From: an uncultured delta proteobacterium
GTDB taxonomy: Bacteria; Myxococcota_A; Polyangia; Haliangiales; Haliangiaceae
Length of the DNA stretch: 64,000 nt
Direction of reading: 5' to 3'
Assembly: GCA_963848295.1 (NCBI GenBank)
Contig: CAWKDB010000010.1
Span: 4,608,001 to 4,672,000 of the forward strand
Shown here piece after piece: positions 35,155 to 44,846 of this stretch. The notes under the pieces were generated by a model. The model worked only from the letters and a program-made list of their open reading frames with translations. It did no database searches and was not told the DNA's origin. The stretch's first letter is position 1; each line of letters starts with the position of its first letter. The position numbers and the translations under genes are program-made.

Positions 35155-35505
35155 ATGATCCGCAGCTCTCTCGCCGGTGCCGCCCTCGCGGTCGCGCTGC
35201 TCGCCAAGCCGGTGATCGCCGATACGACGCCGGGCACCGCGATCGCCCAGCTCATGGTGCTCGAGCCCGGCGATTCCAGCTATCGGCTGTTCCACGGCGC
35301 GGTGTGGCTCGACGCCGACAAGGCGAGCTGGAATTACCGCTGGGGCGGCGCGCAGTGCAAGGGCCGCGAGGTGTCCGACAACAGCGTGCAGCTGTTGTTC
35401 GCCGCGTTTCGCAACGGCGATAACGTGAGCTTCGAGTACGTCGTGACCGACTACAAGGGCAAGCAGTACCGCTGCCTCACCGGCTTCACGATCTCGAAGG
35501 CCTAG
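35155..35505 (+). CDS. Small secreted hypothetical protein
   Basis: Signal peptide MIRSSLAGAALAVALLAKPVIA; two Cys. Confidence 0.65.
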   Translation: MIRSSLAGAALAVALLAKPVIADTTPGTAIAQLMVLEPGDSSYRLFHGAVWLDADKASWNYRWGGAQCKGREVSDNSVQLLFAAFRNGDNVSFEYVVTDYKGKQYRCLTGFTISKA

Positions 35506-36185
35506 GTCTTCGGGCCGGGCTTGATCTGGTTCGGGCCGATCAGATCGTGCGCCGCCTTCGCGCACTTCGCGATCAGATCGTTGTCGACGTTGCTCGGACC
35601 GCCGCCCGCTTGCAGGATGCACTTGGTATCGTCGTCGAACATCTTGAAGTTCTTGACGTCGTCGACGCCGGTCGCGACGATCTGGATGCACGCCGGGAAG
35701 CCCATCGACTCGTCGAGGTGGAGCGTCTTGTCGGCCTTGCACTTCTCGCGGAACCTGTCGGCGTCTTCGAGCGTCCAGCAGTACGCCGAGATCCGGCAGA
35801 TCTCGTCGCCGTTCATCACGCCGAGCCGGCCGACCGTCTTGAGCTGAGCTTGCTGCTCCGCTTCGGTCGGGCGCTTGCCGCCGCGCATGATCGAGCACGA
35901 ACCGGCTGCGTCGGGCTCGGTCTTCGACTCGACGATCGTGACCGGGTCCTTCTCGCCGAGCGCTTGCTGGACCAGCGTGGGGTCGAGCAGCGTGGTGCAC
36001 GGCACGTGACCGTGACCCGGCACCGGCGGCGACACCGCCTTCGCGGCGGTCGTGTCGGTCGCCGCGGCCTTCTGCTCTTTCTCCGCGAGCTTTCGAGACT
36101 CCTCGATCGCCGCCTGGTCGTTGCCGCACGCGCCGACAACAAGGGCGACGACGAGGCTCATCATGACAATACGCGAGCGCATCAC
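35502..36185 (-). CDS. Cys-containing lipoprotein of unknown function
   Basis: Lipobox VGAC; multiple Cys. Confidence 0.7.
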   Translation of the reverse strand: MMRSRIVMMSLVVALVVGACGNDQAAIEESRKLAEKEQKAAATDTTAAKAVSPPVPGHGHVPCTTLLDPTLVQQALGEKDPVTIVESKTEPDAAGSCSIMRGGKRPTEAEQQAQLKTVGRLGVMNGDEICRISAYCWTLEDADRFREKCKADKTLHLDESMGFPACIQIVATGVDDVKNFKMFDDDTKCILQAGGGPSNVDNDLIAKCAKAAHDLIGPNQIKPGPKT

Positions 36186-36246
36186 GGCGCGAACGCTAAC
36201 ACGACTCGGCGGTCCGTCACCGCGTATACTGCCGCGACTCCAACCC

Positions 36247-36321
36247 GACCCCTTAGCTCAGTTGGATTAGAGCAAAGCTCTTCTAAAGCTTAGGCCGCTG
36301 GTTCGAACCCAGCAGGGGTCG
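36247..36321 (+). tRNA. tRNA-Arg(TCT)
   Basis: Acceptor GACCCCT/AGGGGTC, D-arm GCTC..GAGC, anticodon arm AAGCT-CTTCTAA-AGCTT, T-loop GTTCGAAC; CCA not encoded. Confidence 0.95.
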
Positions 36322-36342
36322 CCCCGTGTCTATACTGCCGCC

Positions 36343-38613
36343 ATGCGCAGCACGTGGTTAGCTTGCACACTGGTCACGCTCACGGCGTGTCCGAGCATCA
36401 AGACCGATCCGGGCGAGGGCTCCGACCTGCCGGCGCTCGACGGACCGACCGTCGAGTTCGATCCGGCGAACGCGGTGATCCCGTTCCCGAACAACCTCGT
36501 CCTCGATCCGACGACGCACAAGGTCGCCCTTCCGGCGCAGGCGTGCGAGACGCCGGTCCAGACCGCGCTGCGGATGGGCACGCTCAACCAGCTCGACGGG
36601 TTCGGCACGTTCGAGGCCGGAGTACAGGTCACGTTCGCGAACGTCCCCGGTGCGAACGCCGAGCCCGATATGGCGACGTTCGCGAACCACATCGTGTTCT
36701 ACAAGATCGCGACCGGCGCGACCGCCGAGAACCCGGCCGGCGCGACCCAGGTGCCGTTCGTCGCGCAGAAGGCGACGACGTTGCGGTTCTCGGCGACCGA
36801 CTGCACGACGCCCGCGACGATCGACGCGGTCAATATCATCCCGATGGTGCCGCTCGACGAGCAGAGCACGTACGTCGTCGCGCTGCTCGACGGGGTCGCG
36901 ACGACCGACGCGGTGCCGTACCTACCGTCGTCGACCTGGGCGCTGATCCGCCAGGCGGTCGACCCGGTCACGGTCCAGGACGGGACGGTGATCGCCGAGC
37001 AGACGCCGCTCGATCCGAGCGACCCGGCTCAGCTCGCTCAGCTGATCGCGCTCGACGGCGTGTGGCAGCTCCACGCGCCGGCGCTGCAGTTCCTCGATCA
37101 GACCGGCGCCGTCACCGATCGTTCGCAGCTGCTCGTCGCCGCGACGTTCACGACCCAGACCACGACCGACCCGCTCGACCCGGGCGTCACCGGAAGTCTC
37201 GCCGCGGGCACGTCGGCGGCGCCGCCGTTGTTTCCACAGTCGGTCACCGGGGCCGCGACCGCTCCGCAGTTCATCCAGGCGGTGCTCGGCCAGCTCGGCG
37301 TCGCGGATCCGGCGACGTTCTGCGCGCAGATCGGGTGCGCGAACGTCGGCCAGGTCATGGGCGCAGGGATCGCATCGACGAACTACCAGGTGCTCGGCGC
37401 GAATCCACTCACCGGCGCCGCCGACGTGCCCGGTCAGTGGAGCGATCCGCTCAAGCCGTCGACCCAGGGCGCGACGATCTTGCAGACGTTGATCTTCGTC
37501 CCGAAAGGCACCGCGCCCGCCGGTGGCTGGCCCACCGTGGTGTTTGGCCACGGCCTCGGCTCGCAGAAAGAGAGCTTGTTCGTGTTCGCGCCGCAGCTCG
37601 CGACCCAAGGGTTCGCGTCGGTCGCGATCGACTTCGTCGACTCCGGTAGTCGCGCGGTGCGGATCACGAACGACCCGACGATCGGCTGCGCCGCGTCGTG
37701 CGCGATCGCGACGACGACCGCCTGCACGAGCGACGCAGACTGCACCGGCACCGGCGACTCGTGCGCGCCGTCGTACGCCCAGGCGATCCAGTGTTTCCAG
37801 CCGTTCCTGTCGACCGACCTCGGCGCCACGCGCGACACGATTCGCCAGACCGTGCTCGATCTTCAGCGGGTCGCAAAAGCGATCGGGTCGTGCGGGGCGA
37901 CCGGGTGTAACGGCACCGACGGCAGCTCGCTCCAGGTCGATCCCGCACACATCGTGTACGCCGGCATCTCGCTCGGCGGGATCATCGGCTCGACGACGAA
38001 CGCGGTCGATCCGATCTTCCAGTCGGCGGTGCTCAACGTGTCCGGCATGGGCCTGCTCGATATCCTCGAGAACACCCAGACCGAGGAGATCAGCTGCTCG
38101 CTCGTCGACGCGCTGATCGACGCCGGCATCCTCGTCGGCGACAAGTTCGATCCGGTCGCCGGCACCGGCCTGTGCACGTCGATGGCGTGGGAACAGCAGC
38201 CCGGCTATCAACAGTTCCGCTCGATCGCGCGCTGGGTGCTCGATCCCGCCGACGGCGCGAACTACGCGTCGAAGCTCGCGCTCAAGCGGTTCTTGCTGAT
38301 GGAGGTCGTCGGCGACATGGTCGTGCCGAACATCGCGACCGACGACGAAGGCGCGCTCACTGGCCTGACGCCGGCGGTCGCCGACGCGTGTGGAAACATC
38401 CCGTGCGCACCGTCGCTGGCGATCACGACCGACCCGCTGGCCACGAAGTGGGTGCGCTATCCGACGCTGCCTCCTGATGGCGCCAGCGGCTTCCCCGGCA
38501 ACACGTTCGTGCACGCATCGCTGCTCCAACCTGCCAACGGCGCCGCCGACGGCTTCCTCGGCACCGTGCGCGTCCAGACCGACGCGATCACCTTCCTCGT
38601 CGCCAACCACTGA
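36343..38613 (+). CDS. Lipoprotein lipase-like alpha/beta-hydrolase (Pla-1/cef-like)
   Basis: LTAC lipobox; IPFPNNL, LNQLDGFG, GWPTVVFGHGLG, RDTIRQTVLDL, GISLGG, DPADG, HASLL. Confidence 0.75.
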   Translation: MRSTWLACTLVTLTACPSIKTDPGEGSDLPALDGPTVEFDPANAVIPFPNNLVLDPTTHKVALPAQACETPVQTALRMGTLNQLDGFGTFEAGVQVTFANVPGANAEPDMATFANHIVFYKIATGATAENPAGATQVPFVAQKATTLRFSATDCTTPATIDAVNIIPMVPLDEQSTYVVALLDGVATTDAVPYLPSSTWALIRQAVDPVTVQDGTVIAEQTPLDPSDPAQLAQLIALDGVWQLHAPALQFLDQTGAVTDRSQLLVAATFTTQTTTDPLDPGVTGSLAAGTSAAPPLFPQSVTGAATAPQFIQAVLGQLGVADPATFCAQIGCANVGQVMGAGIASTNYQVLGANPLTGAADVPGQWSDPLKPSTQGATILQTLIFVPKGTAPAGGWPTVVFGHGLGSQKESLFVFAPQLATQGFASVAIDFVDSGSRAVRITNDPTIGCAASCAIATTTACTSDADCTGTGDSCAPSYAQAIQCFQPFLSTDLGATRDTIRQTVLDLQRVAKAIGSCGATGCNGTDGSSLQVDPAHIVYAGISLGGIIGSTTNAVDPIFQSAVLNVSGMGLLDILENTQTEEISCSLVDALIDAGILVGDKFDPVAGTGLCTSMAWEQQPGYQQFRSIARWVLDPADGANYASKLALKRFLLMEVVGDMVVPNIATDDEGALTGLTPAVADACGNIPCAPSLAITTDPLATKWVRYPTLPPDGASGFPGNTFVHASLLQPANGAADGFLGTVRVQTDAITFLVANH

Positions 38614-38625
38614 GCCAGGACGACC

Positions 38626-39870
38626 ATGCGCAAGCTAACTCTCCTCACGTCGTTCACGCTCTGCGGTCTCGCCACGACCGCGCTGGCCAACGGCTTCAAC
38701 CTCAACGAGTTCGACGGCAAGGCGACCGGTCGCGGTGACGCCGAAGCGGCGACCGACACCGACGCCTCGTCGATCTACTTCAACGTCGGTGGGCTCGCGG
38801 TCGATTCCGGCACCCAGGTCATGATCGGCGGCTCGCTGATCGCGCCGAGCGCGTCGTTCACCGACGCGACGACCGGCACGAAGACCGACTCGACCACGAG
38901 CCCCCAAGTCATCCCGGGCATCTTCGTCAGCTCGAAGCTGACCAAGCTCGTCGCGGTGGGCCTCGGGTTCTACACGCCGTTCGGGCTCGCGCTCTCCTGG
39001 CCGGCCGGCGCCGAAACCAACGACGTCGTCAGCAGCGAATCGCTGCGCTCGTACTTCATCACGCCGTCGGTCGGCCTCGATCTCGACAGCTACGTGCCGG
39101 GCTTGAGCGTCGGCGCGGGCGTCGATCTCGTACCGGCGACCGTCGAGCTCCATCAGGACATCGATTTCGGCACCGATCGCGGCAACGCGAGCCTCGGCGG
39201 TACCGCGTTCGGCGTCGGCGCGCGAGTCGGCGCGATGTATCGCCCGGCGAAGCTGCACCAGCTCTCGATCGGCGCGATGTGGCGGAGCGAGGTCAAAGAA
39301 GACTTCACCGGCACCGGCGACTTCAACGCGCCGCCGCCATATCGCGCGACGTTGCCCCCGGACGGCGACATCAAGACCTCGGTCACGCTGCCGCAGTCGG
39401 TGACGTTCGGCGCGGACTATGCGCCGACGCCGGCGTTCGATGTCGAAGCCGATCTCGTGTGGATGGGGTGGTCGACGTTCAAGTCGCTCGACATCATGAT
39501 GCCGACCCCGACCGGCGACATGACGATCTCGTCATCGCCGGAGAACTACAAGGACACGTTGACCGTGCGCGCCGGCGCCGAATACAAGTTCGCGAAGCAG
39601 GGCGCCGCGGTGCGCGCCGGGTTCATCTACGATCCGACGCCGGTCCCGGCGAGCACGCTCACCGTCCAGCTTCCCGACGTCGATCGCTACGATGTCACGG
39701 TCGGCGGCAGCATGCGGGTGTCGAGCTACGACATCCACCTCGGCTTGCTCTGGGTGCTGCCGACGAAGCGCACGACCGGCGCCGATCTCGACATGCCCGA
39801 GTACAAAGGCACGTTCGACATCCAAGCGTTCGTCGCGTCGCTGTCGCTCGCCGGTCGGTTCGGTCAGTAG
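38626..39870 (+). CDS. fadL: FadL/OMPP1 family outer-membrane long-chain fatty acid transporter
   Basis: Mature N-terminus NGFNLNE..ATGRG.A..A.DASSIYFN; TPFGL; LPDVDR. Confidence 0.85.
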   Translation: MRKLTLLTSFTLCGLATTALANGFNLNEFDGKATGRGDAEAATDTDASSIYFNVGGLAVDSGTQVMIGGSLIAPSASFTDATTGTKTDSTTSPQVIPGIFVSSKLTKLVAVGLGFYTPFGLALSWPAGAETNDVVSSESLRSYFITPSVGLDLDSYVPGLSVGAGVDLVPATVELHQDIDFGTDRGNASLGGTAFGVGARVGAMYRPAKLHQLSIGAMWRSEVKEDFTGTGDFNAPPPYRATLPPDGDIKTSVTLPQSVTFGADYAPTPAFDVEADLVWMGWSTFKSLDIMMPTPTGDMTISSSPENYKDTLTVRAGAEYKFAKQGAAVRAGFIYDPTPVPASTLTVQLPDVDRYDVTVGGSMRVSSYDIHLGLLWVLPTKRTTGADLDMPEYKGTFDIQAFVASLSLAGRFGQ

Positions 39871-39883
39871 CGGGGATCCCGTC

Positions 39884-41131
39884 ATGGCGAAGGCGAGAGG
39901 CGAGGTGCTGCACGTCGCCGGTCGCGACGTGACGGTGTCGAACCCCGACAAGCTGTACTTTCCGAAGGCGGGTATCACGAAGCTACAGCTCGTCCGCTAC
40001 TACCTCGCGGTCCAAGACGGTGCGCTGCGCGGCGTCGCGCGCCGGCCGATGATCTTGAAGCGCTATGTCAACGGCGTCGAGGCCGAGCCGTTCTATCAGA
40101 AGCGCGCGCCCGACAAGCGGCCGGACTGGCTGCACACCGCGACGTTCACGTTTCCCTCGGGCCGCACCGCGGTCGAGCTCGTGGTCGACGACGCCGCCGC
40201 GTTGGTCTACGTCGTCAACCTCGGCTGCGTCGATCTCAACCCGCACGCGGTGCGCGCCGAAGACATGGATCGGCCCGACGAGTTTCGCATCGACCTCGAT
40301 CCGGTGCCCGGCGTCGGCTGGAAACAGATCGTCGAGGTCGCGCGGGTCGCGAACAGCGTGCTCGACGATCACGGCCTCGTCGGTTGGCCGAAGACCAGCG
40401 GTTCGCGCGGCGTGCACATCTGGGCGCGGATCGTGCCCGAGTGGCCGTTCACCGAGGTGCGCCGCGCCGCGCTCGCGTTCGCGCGCGAGGTCGAAGCGCG
40501 TGCTCCCGAGATCGCGACAAGTCTGTGGTGGAAGGAGCAACGTCACGGCGTGTTCCTCGACTACAACCAGAACGCGCGCGACCGCACGACGTGCAGCGCA
40601 TACTCGGTGCGCCCGACGCCCGACGCGCGCGTGTCGATGCCGCTGTCGTGGCCCGACTTCTTCGACTGCGATCCCGCCGCGTTCACGCTCCGCACCGTGC
40701 CCGCGATGTTCGCAGCACATGGCGACGCGCATGCCGAGATCGATCACCACGTCGGCCGGCTCGATGCGCTGCTCGCGCTCGCCGACCGCCAGGGCATGGG
40801 GGACGCGCCGCTGCCGCCGCACTACGCGAAGGGGGCCGACGAGCCGCCTCGCGTCGCGCCATCTCGCGCGCGTAAGCCGCTCCCCGTGATCACGATCGCA
40901 CGAGCGAAGCTCAAGGTCGATGCGCTCGCGGGCCTCGAGCGCTGGAAGGCGCGCCATCCCGCGATCGCGGCGCAGCTCCACGCGGCCGACGTGCTCGTCG
41001 ATACGAACCGCGGGCGCGCGACCGCGTGGTACCGCGTGCGGATCAACCTGCAGCACGTCCCGGCCTCCGAGCATCCGCCCGCGGAGCCACCCGATCCCGA
41101 CTACGACCCGAAGTCGGAGTACGGACTGTGA
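39884..41131 (+). CDS. LigD-type primase-polymerase (Prim-PolC-like)
   Basis: SNPDKLYFP, FYQKRAP, IDLDP, PKTSGSRGVH, DYNQNARDRT..AYSVR. Confidence 0.85.
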   Translation: MAKARGEVLHVAGRDVTVSNPDKLYFPKAGITKLQLVRYYLAVQDGALRGVARRPMILKRYVNGVEAEPFYQKRAPDKRPDWLHTATFTFPSGRTAVELVVDDAAALVYVVNLGCVDLNPHAVRAEDMDRPDEFRIDLDPVPGVGWKQIVEVARVANSVLDDHGLVGWPKTSGSRGVHIWARIVPEWPFTEVRRAALAFAREVEARAPEIATSLWWKEQRHGVFLDYNQNARDRTTCSAYSVRPTPDARVSMPLSWPDFFDCDPAAFTLRTVPAMFAAHGDAHAEIDHHVGRLDALLALADRQGMGDAPLPPHYAKGADEPPRVAPSRARKPLPVITIARAKLKVDALAGLERWKARHPAIAAQLHAADVLVDTNRGRATAWYRVRINLQHVPASEHPPAEPPDPDYDPKSEYGL

Positions 41132-41201
41132 GGCGCTCTCCACGTATGCCAGCTTCGGCACGCGTCGCTCCGCGTATCGCGCCGCCGCGCGATCGATCCG
41201 G

Positions 41202-42299
41202 CTACTGATTCGCGGGCGGATCGAAGGAACCGTTAACCGCGCCGGCGGTGAACACGAGGATCGCGCCACCTCCGCCACCGCCACCACCGCCCCCACCGAT
41301 CGGCCCGTTGCTGATGCCACCGCCCGGGCCGCCGGGGAACGCTTCGATCTGCATCGCATAGCCATCGCCGCCGAAGCCGGCCGTCGCGTCGGCAGGCGTG
41401 CCGCCCTTGTCGCCGCTGCCCGTGGCGCCGCCGCCGTTTCCGCCGCCGCCGCCACCCCCGCCGCCGCCGAGCGCGCGCACCATGCCACCGGTGACGTCGA
41501 TCGTCGGAGCGTCGAGCGCGACCATCCCGCCACTACCTCCGCCGTAGCCGCCTCCGTTGCCCACCGCGCCGCCGGCCCCGGGCGCGCCGTTCGCTTCGAT
41601 CCCACCGGTAATGGTTATGGCCGAGGCCATGAGGTACACGGCTCCGCCGGCGTCGGTCGGCGGCAGGACGCCGAGGGCGCCGGTGCCGCCTTCGCAGCCT
41701 CCGTGCAACGACGCAAACGGCGGCGAGGTCGGGCGCATCGCGAGCGGGCCAGGGACCAGCGACTGCCCGCCGGCGCCACCCGAAACGTTCGAGTCGAGCG
41801 TACCGCCGGCGCCGCCGGCGCCGCCGCCGCCAGCGAGCATGAGCGTGGGACACGCCGTCCAATCGGCACCGGCGCCCCCACTATCTTCGGTACTCGACAC
41901 GATAAGCGATCCGTACACGTTGATCTGCCCGGTCGCGACGAGCACGAGCGGCAGCGGCCCGCTGACCTCGACCGTACCTTGGATGTCGATGTTGGTCGCG
42001 ATCAAGGCACAGACCGAGTTGTCGAGCGTTTCCCGGTCGCACATCGTGCTGGAGGTCGAGAACGGACCGTCGAGCGTGAGGTTCTTGCCGGGGTCGGACA
42101 GGCAGCGTCGGTAGAACCCCGAGACTGAAAGTCTGTCGAGGCCCGTGCCGTTCATCCCGACCGTGATGCAGCCGGTTGGACCGTCGAGCTCGGGTGGGCT
42201 GGCGTCGCCGTATGCGTCGGGCGGAGCGTCGACCACGTCGAACAAGCGCTGGCACCCCGCGAGCGCGATTACCACCATCGACGCGAACACCGATCGCAC
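41202..42299 (-). CDS. Gly-rich lipoprotein
   Basis: LAGC lipobox; GGGSGGMVAL and GGAILV glycine-rich repeats. Confidence 0.7.
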   Translation of the reverse strand: MRSVFASMVVIALAGCQRLFDVVDAPPDAYGDASPPELDGPTGCITVGMNGTGLDRLSVSGFYRRCLSDPGKNLTLDGPFSTSSTMCDRETLDNSVCALIATNIDIQGTVEVSGPLPLVLVATGQINVYGSLIVSSTEDSGGAGADWTACPTLMLAGGGGAGGAGGTLDSNVSGGAGGQSLVPGPLAMRPTSPPFASLHGGCEGGTGALGVLPPTDAGGAVYLMASAITITGGIEANGAPGAGGAVGNGGGYGGGSGGMVALDAPTIDVTGGMVRALGGGGGGGGGGNGGGATGSGDKGGTPADATAGFGGDGYAMQIEAFPGGPGGGISNGPIGGGGGGGGGGGAILVFTAGAVNGSFDPPANQ

Positions 42300-42313
42300 G
42301 CAGCGATCTTACC

Positions 42314-43411
42314 TCATCGCTTGGCGTCCACGCCGAAGATCGCGCGGACCTCGTACGCCGGTGTGACTTCTAGCTGATCGTAGCGGCACTCCGCCGGGGA
42401 CTTGTCCGGCCGCCAGCGCTTGAAGTGGGTCGCGTGGCGGAACCGCGTGCCTTCGAGATGATCGTAGGACACCTCGGCCACCAAGCCGAGCTTGATCGGC
42501 TCCCACGACAGGTCTTTGCCGCGATTCCATCGGCTGGTCGCGCCGGGCAGGCGGCGATCGGTCTCGGCTCCTTGCCACTCCGCCCAGTCTCTCCACGGAT
42601 GGCCGTCTTTCGCGCCGTCGCGCAGTGGCGCGAGCTGCTCGGCGAGTTGCGCCCGCACTTCCTGCTTGAACGCCGACGACACGCCGACGTGATGCAGCAC
42701 GCCGGTACTGTCGTAGAGGCCGAGCAACAGCGAGCCGACGAGCGTGCCCTTGCCGCCCTTGTACCAGCGGAACCCGGCGACCACGCACTCGGCGGTGCGC
42801 TGGTGCTTGATCTTGGTCATCGCGCGCTTGCCCGGCAGGTACGCGAGCTCGAGCGGCTTCGCGATCACGCCATCGAGCCCGGCACCCTCGAAGCGTTGAA
42901 ACCAGTCGGCCGCGACCGCGCGATCGCGCGTGACAGGCGTGACGTGGATCGGCGGCTGCGCACCCGCGAGCTCTCGCTCGAGCATCACCCGGCGATCGGC
43001 TTGCGGCAGCGCGCGCAGATCGGCGTCGCCGAGCGCGAGCAAGTCCCACGCGACGAACGACGCCGGGTGTTGCTCGGCGAGCATCTTGACGCGCGTCGCG
43101 GCGGGATGAATCCGCAGCAGCAGCGCTTCGAAGTCGAGCGCCTCGCCGTTCGCGATCACGATCTCGCCATCGAGCACGCAGCGCTCCGGCACGTTCGCGC
43201 GCAATGGCCCGGCGAGCTCGGGGAAGTAGCGGTCCAGCGGCTTGAGCTCGCGGCTCTGGATGAACAGCTCATCGCCGGAACGAAACACGATCGCGCGAAA
43301 GCCGTCCCACTTCGGCTCGTACTGCCAGGTCTCGCCTGCGGGGATCTCGCTCGCGGCCTTCGCGAGCATGGGCTCGAGCGGCGGTTGAAACGGTAGAGCG
43401 AGCTCGGCCAC
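42314..43411 (-). CDS. ligC: ATP-dependent DNA ligase (LigC-like)
   Basis: PMLAK, YEPKWDGFR, LDGE, DGVIAK, SRWNRGKDL, RFRH..RWRPDK. Confidence 0.85.
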   Translation of the reverse strand: MAELALPFQPPLEPMLAKAASEIPAGETWQYEPKWDGFRAIVFRSGDELFIQSRELKPLDRYFPELAGPLRANVPERCVLDGEIVIANGEALDFEALLLRIHPAATRVKMLAEQHPASFVAWDLLALGDADLRALPQADRRVMLERELAGAQPPIHVTPVTRDRAVAADWFQRFEGAGLDGVIAKPLELAYLPGKRAMTKIKHQRTAECVVAGFRWYKGGKGTLVGSLLLGLYDSTGVLHHVGVSSAFKQEVRAQLAEQLAPLRDGAKDGHPWRDWAEWQGAETDRRLPGATSRWNRGKDLSWEPIKLGLVAEVSYDHLEGTRFRHATHFKRWRPDKSPAECRYDQLEVTPAYEVRAIFGVDAKR

Positions 43412-43427
43412 GCCGCACCGTAACCGA

Positions 43428-44183
43428 CTACCTCGCCGGTTGCAGTACCCCGAGCGACGCGCCCTGCGGATCGATCAAGATCCCGAGCCGGCCGACCTCG
43501 GGCACGTCGTTACCCTCCATCATGATCTGGCTGCCGAGGCGCTTCGCCTTGGCGATCGCGTCGTCGGTGCTCGCGACCTGGACGTACGGCATCCAGTGCT
43601 GCGGGATGCCCGGCATCGGCGACTTCATCACGCCGGCGCGGCCTTTGCCGTCGGAGTTGAGGATGTGATAGTCGCCGTCCGGCATCGCCATCTTGTCCGA
43701 CGTGAACCCGCCGATCGCCGAGTAGAACTTGATCATCGCCTCGGGGTTCGCGGTGTACAGCTCGTTCCAGCACCACGTGCCGGCGCGGCCCTTGTAGTCG
43801 CCGGTGCCCTGCGCCTGCGCCGGTTGCCATAGCGCGAACGTGCCGTCGAGCGGATCGGCGACGATCGCCATCGTGCCGACCTCGCCGAGCTTGAACGCGG
43901 CCTTGCGGATCTTGCCACCTGCCGCGGTGATCTTCGCGGACGTCGCGGTCGCGTCGGCGACTTGCAGATGCGGCAGCCAATGGCCGCCCGGGGGCGCACC
44001 TTGCGGCGTGGTCATGTAGCCGCCGATGGTCTCGCCGCCCGAGGCGATCATCGTGTACGAGCCACCCGGCATCGGCACGTCTTGGGTCGTCCAGTTGAAC
44101 AGCTCGCCGAAAAAGCCCTGCGCCTTCTTCACGTCGGGCGCCACGTACTCGAACCACACGAACTTGCCGGTCGGGATCGTCAT
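43428..44183 (-). CDS. Two-domain VOC/glyoxalase family protein
   Basis: GKFVWFE / GTWCWNEL repeats; DPLDG/DPQGA; AGGAG SD. Confidence 0.85.
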   Translation of the reverse strand: MTIPTGKFVWFEYVAPDVKKAQGFFGELFNWTTQDVPMPGGSYTMIASGGETIGGYMTTPQGAPPGGHWLPHLQVADATATSAKITAAGGKIRKAAFKLGEVGTMAIVADPLDGTFALWQPAQAQGTGDYKGRAGTWCWNELYTANPEAMIKFYSAIGGFTSDKMAMPDGDYHILNSDGKGRAGVMKSPMPGIPQHWMPYVQVASTDDAIAKAKRLGSQIMMEGNDVPEVGRLGILIDPQGASLGVLQPAR

Positions 44184-44214
44184 TGCTTCGTTCTCCTGTT
44201 GGTTACGGCCTACA

Positions 44215-44241
44215 GTCGAACGAGGTGCTCGCCGATCGACA
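44215..44241 (-). promoter_or_regulatory. Putative ECF42-like promoter of the VOC gene
   Basis: Minus strand TGTCGA-N17-CGAC. Confidence 0.4.
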
Positions 44242-44280
44242 GCGGGAGTGCGAATTTGTTTTCGGCGGCGCGGCGCGAAG

Positions 44281-44727
44281 TTACGAGCGGAGTGCGAGCG
44301 GGCCGCCTTCCGGCACGAACTCCATCGACACCGAGTTGAGGCAGTAGCGCTGGTGGGTCGGCGGCGGACCGTCGTCGAACACGTGGCCGAGATGGGCATC
44401 GCACCGCGCGCACCGGATCTCGACCCGGCGCATGCCATGGCTCGAGTCGACGATCGTCGCGACATGAGCGGGATCGTACGGCTGGAAGAAGCTGGGCCAG
44501 CCGGTGCCCGATTCGAACTTCGCGTTCGAGCTGAACAGCGGCAAGCCGCACAACCGACACGCGTACGTGCCGGGTTGCTTGTTGTCGAGCAACAGCCCGC
44601 AGAACGGCCGCTCGGTACCTTGATGCAGGATGACGTGGCGCTCCTCGGGCGTGAACGCCGCGGCGAGGGCGTTGACGCGGTCATCGGACAGCCGGGTCAG
44701 GTCGTAACCGGACTTGGAGGTGGTCAT
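44281..44727 (-). CDS. msrB: Peptide-methionine (R)-S-oxide reductase
   Basis: GTERPF, Cxx[28 protein letters not shown]. Confidence 0.95.
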   Translation of the reverse strand: MTTSKSGYDLTRLSDDRVNALAAAFTPEERHVILHQGTERPFCGLLLDNKQPGTYACRLCGLPLFSSNAKFESGTGWPSFFQPYDPAHVATIVDSSHGMRRVEIRCARCDAHLGHVFDDGPPPTHQRYCLNSVSMEFVPEGGPLALRS

Positions 44728-44846
44728 GGCCAATGCATACGTCAGAACCGGCGCCAGCGTTACCGCCGACCACATGTGTGCCCCGAGGCTGTGCCGAGGG
44801 TGTCCGGTGTCGCATGGCTGATCGCCGAGGTGTATCGTTGACGGAC

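Noticed and set aside
36247..36321. tRNA as the boundary of an integrated element
   Set aside because: No integrase, and no convincing 3'-end duplication (only a 10-bp GCAGGGGTCG match inside a CDS near 6063).
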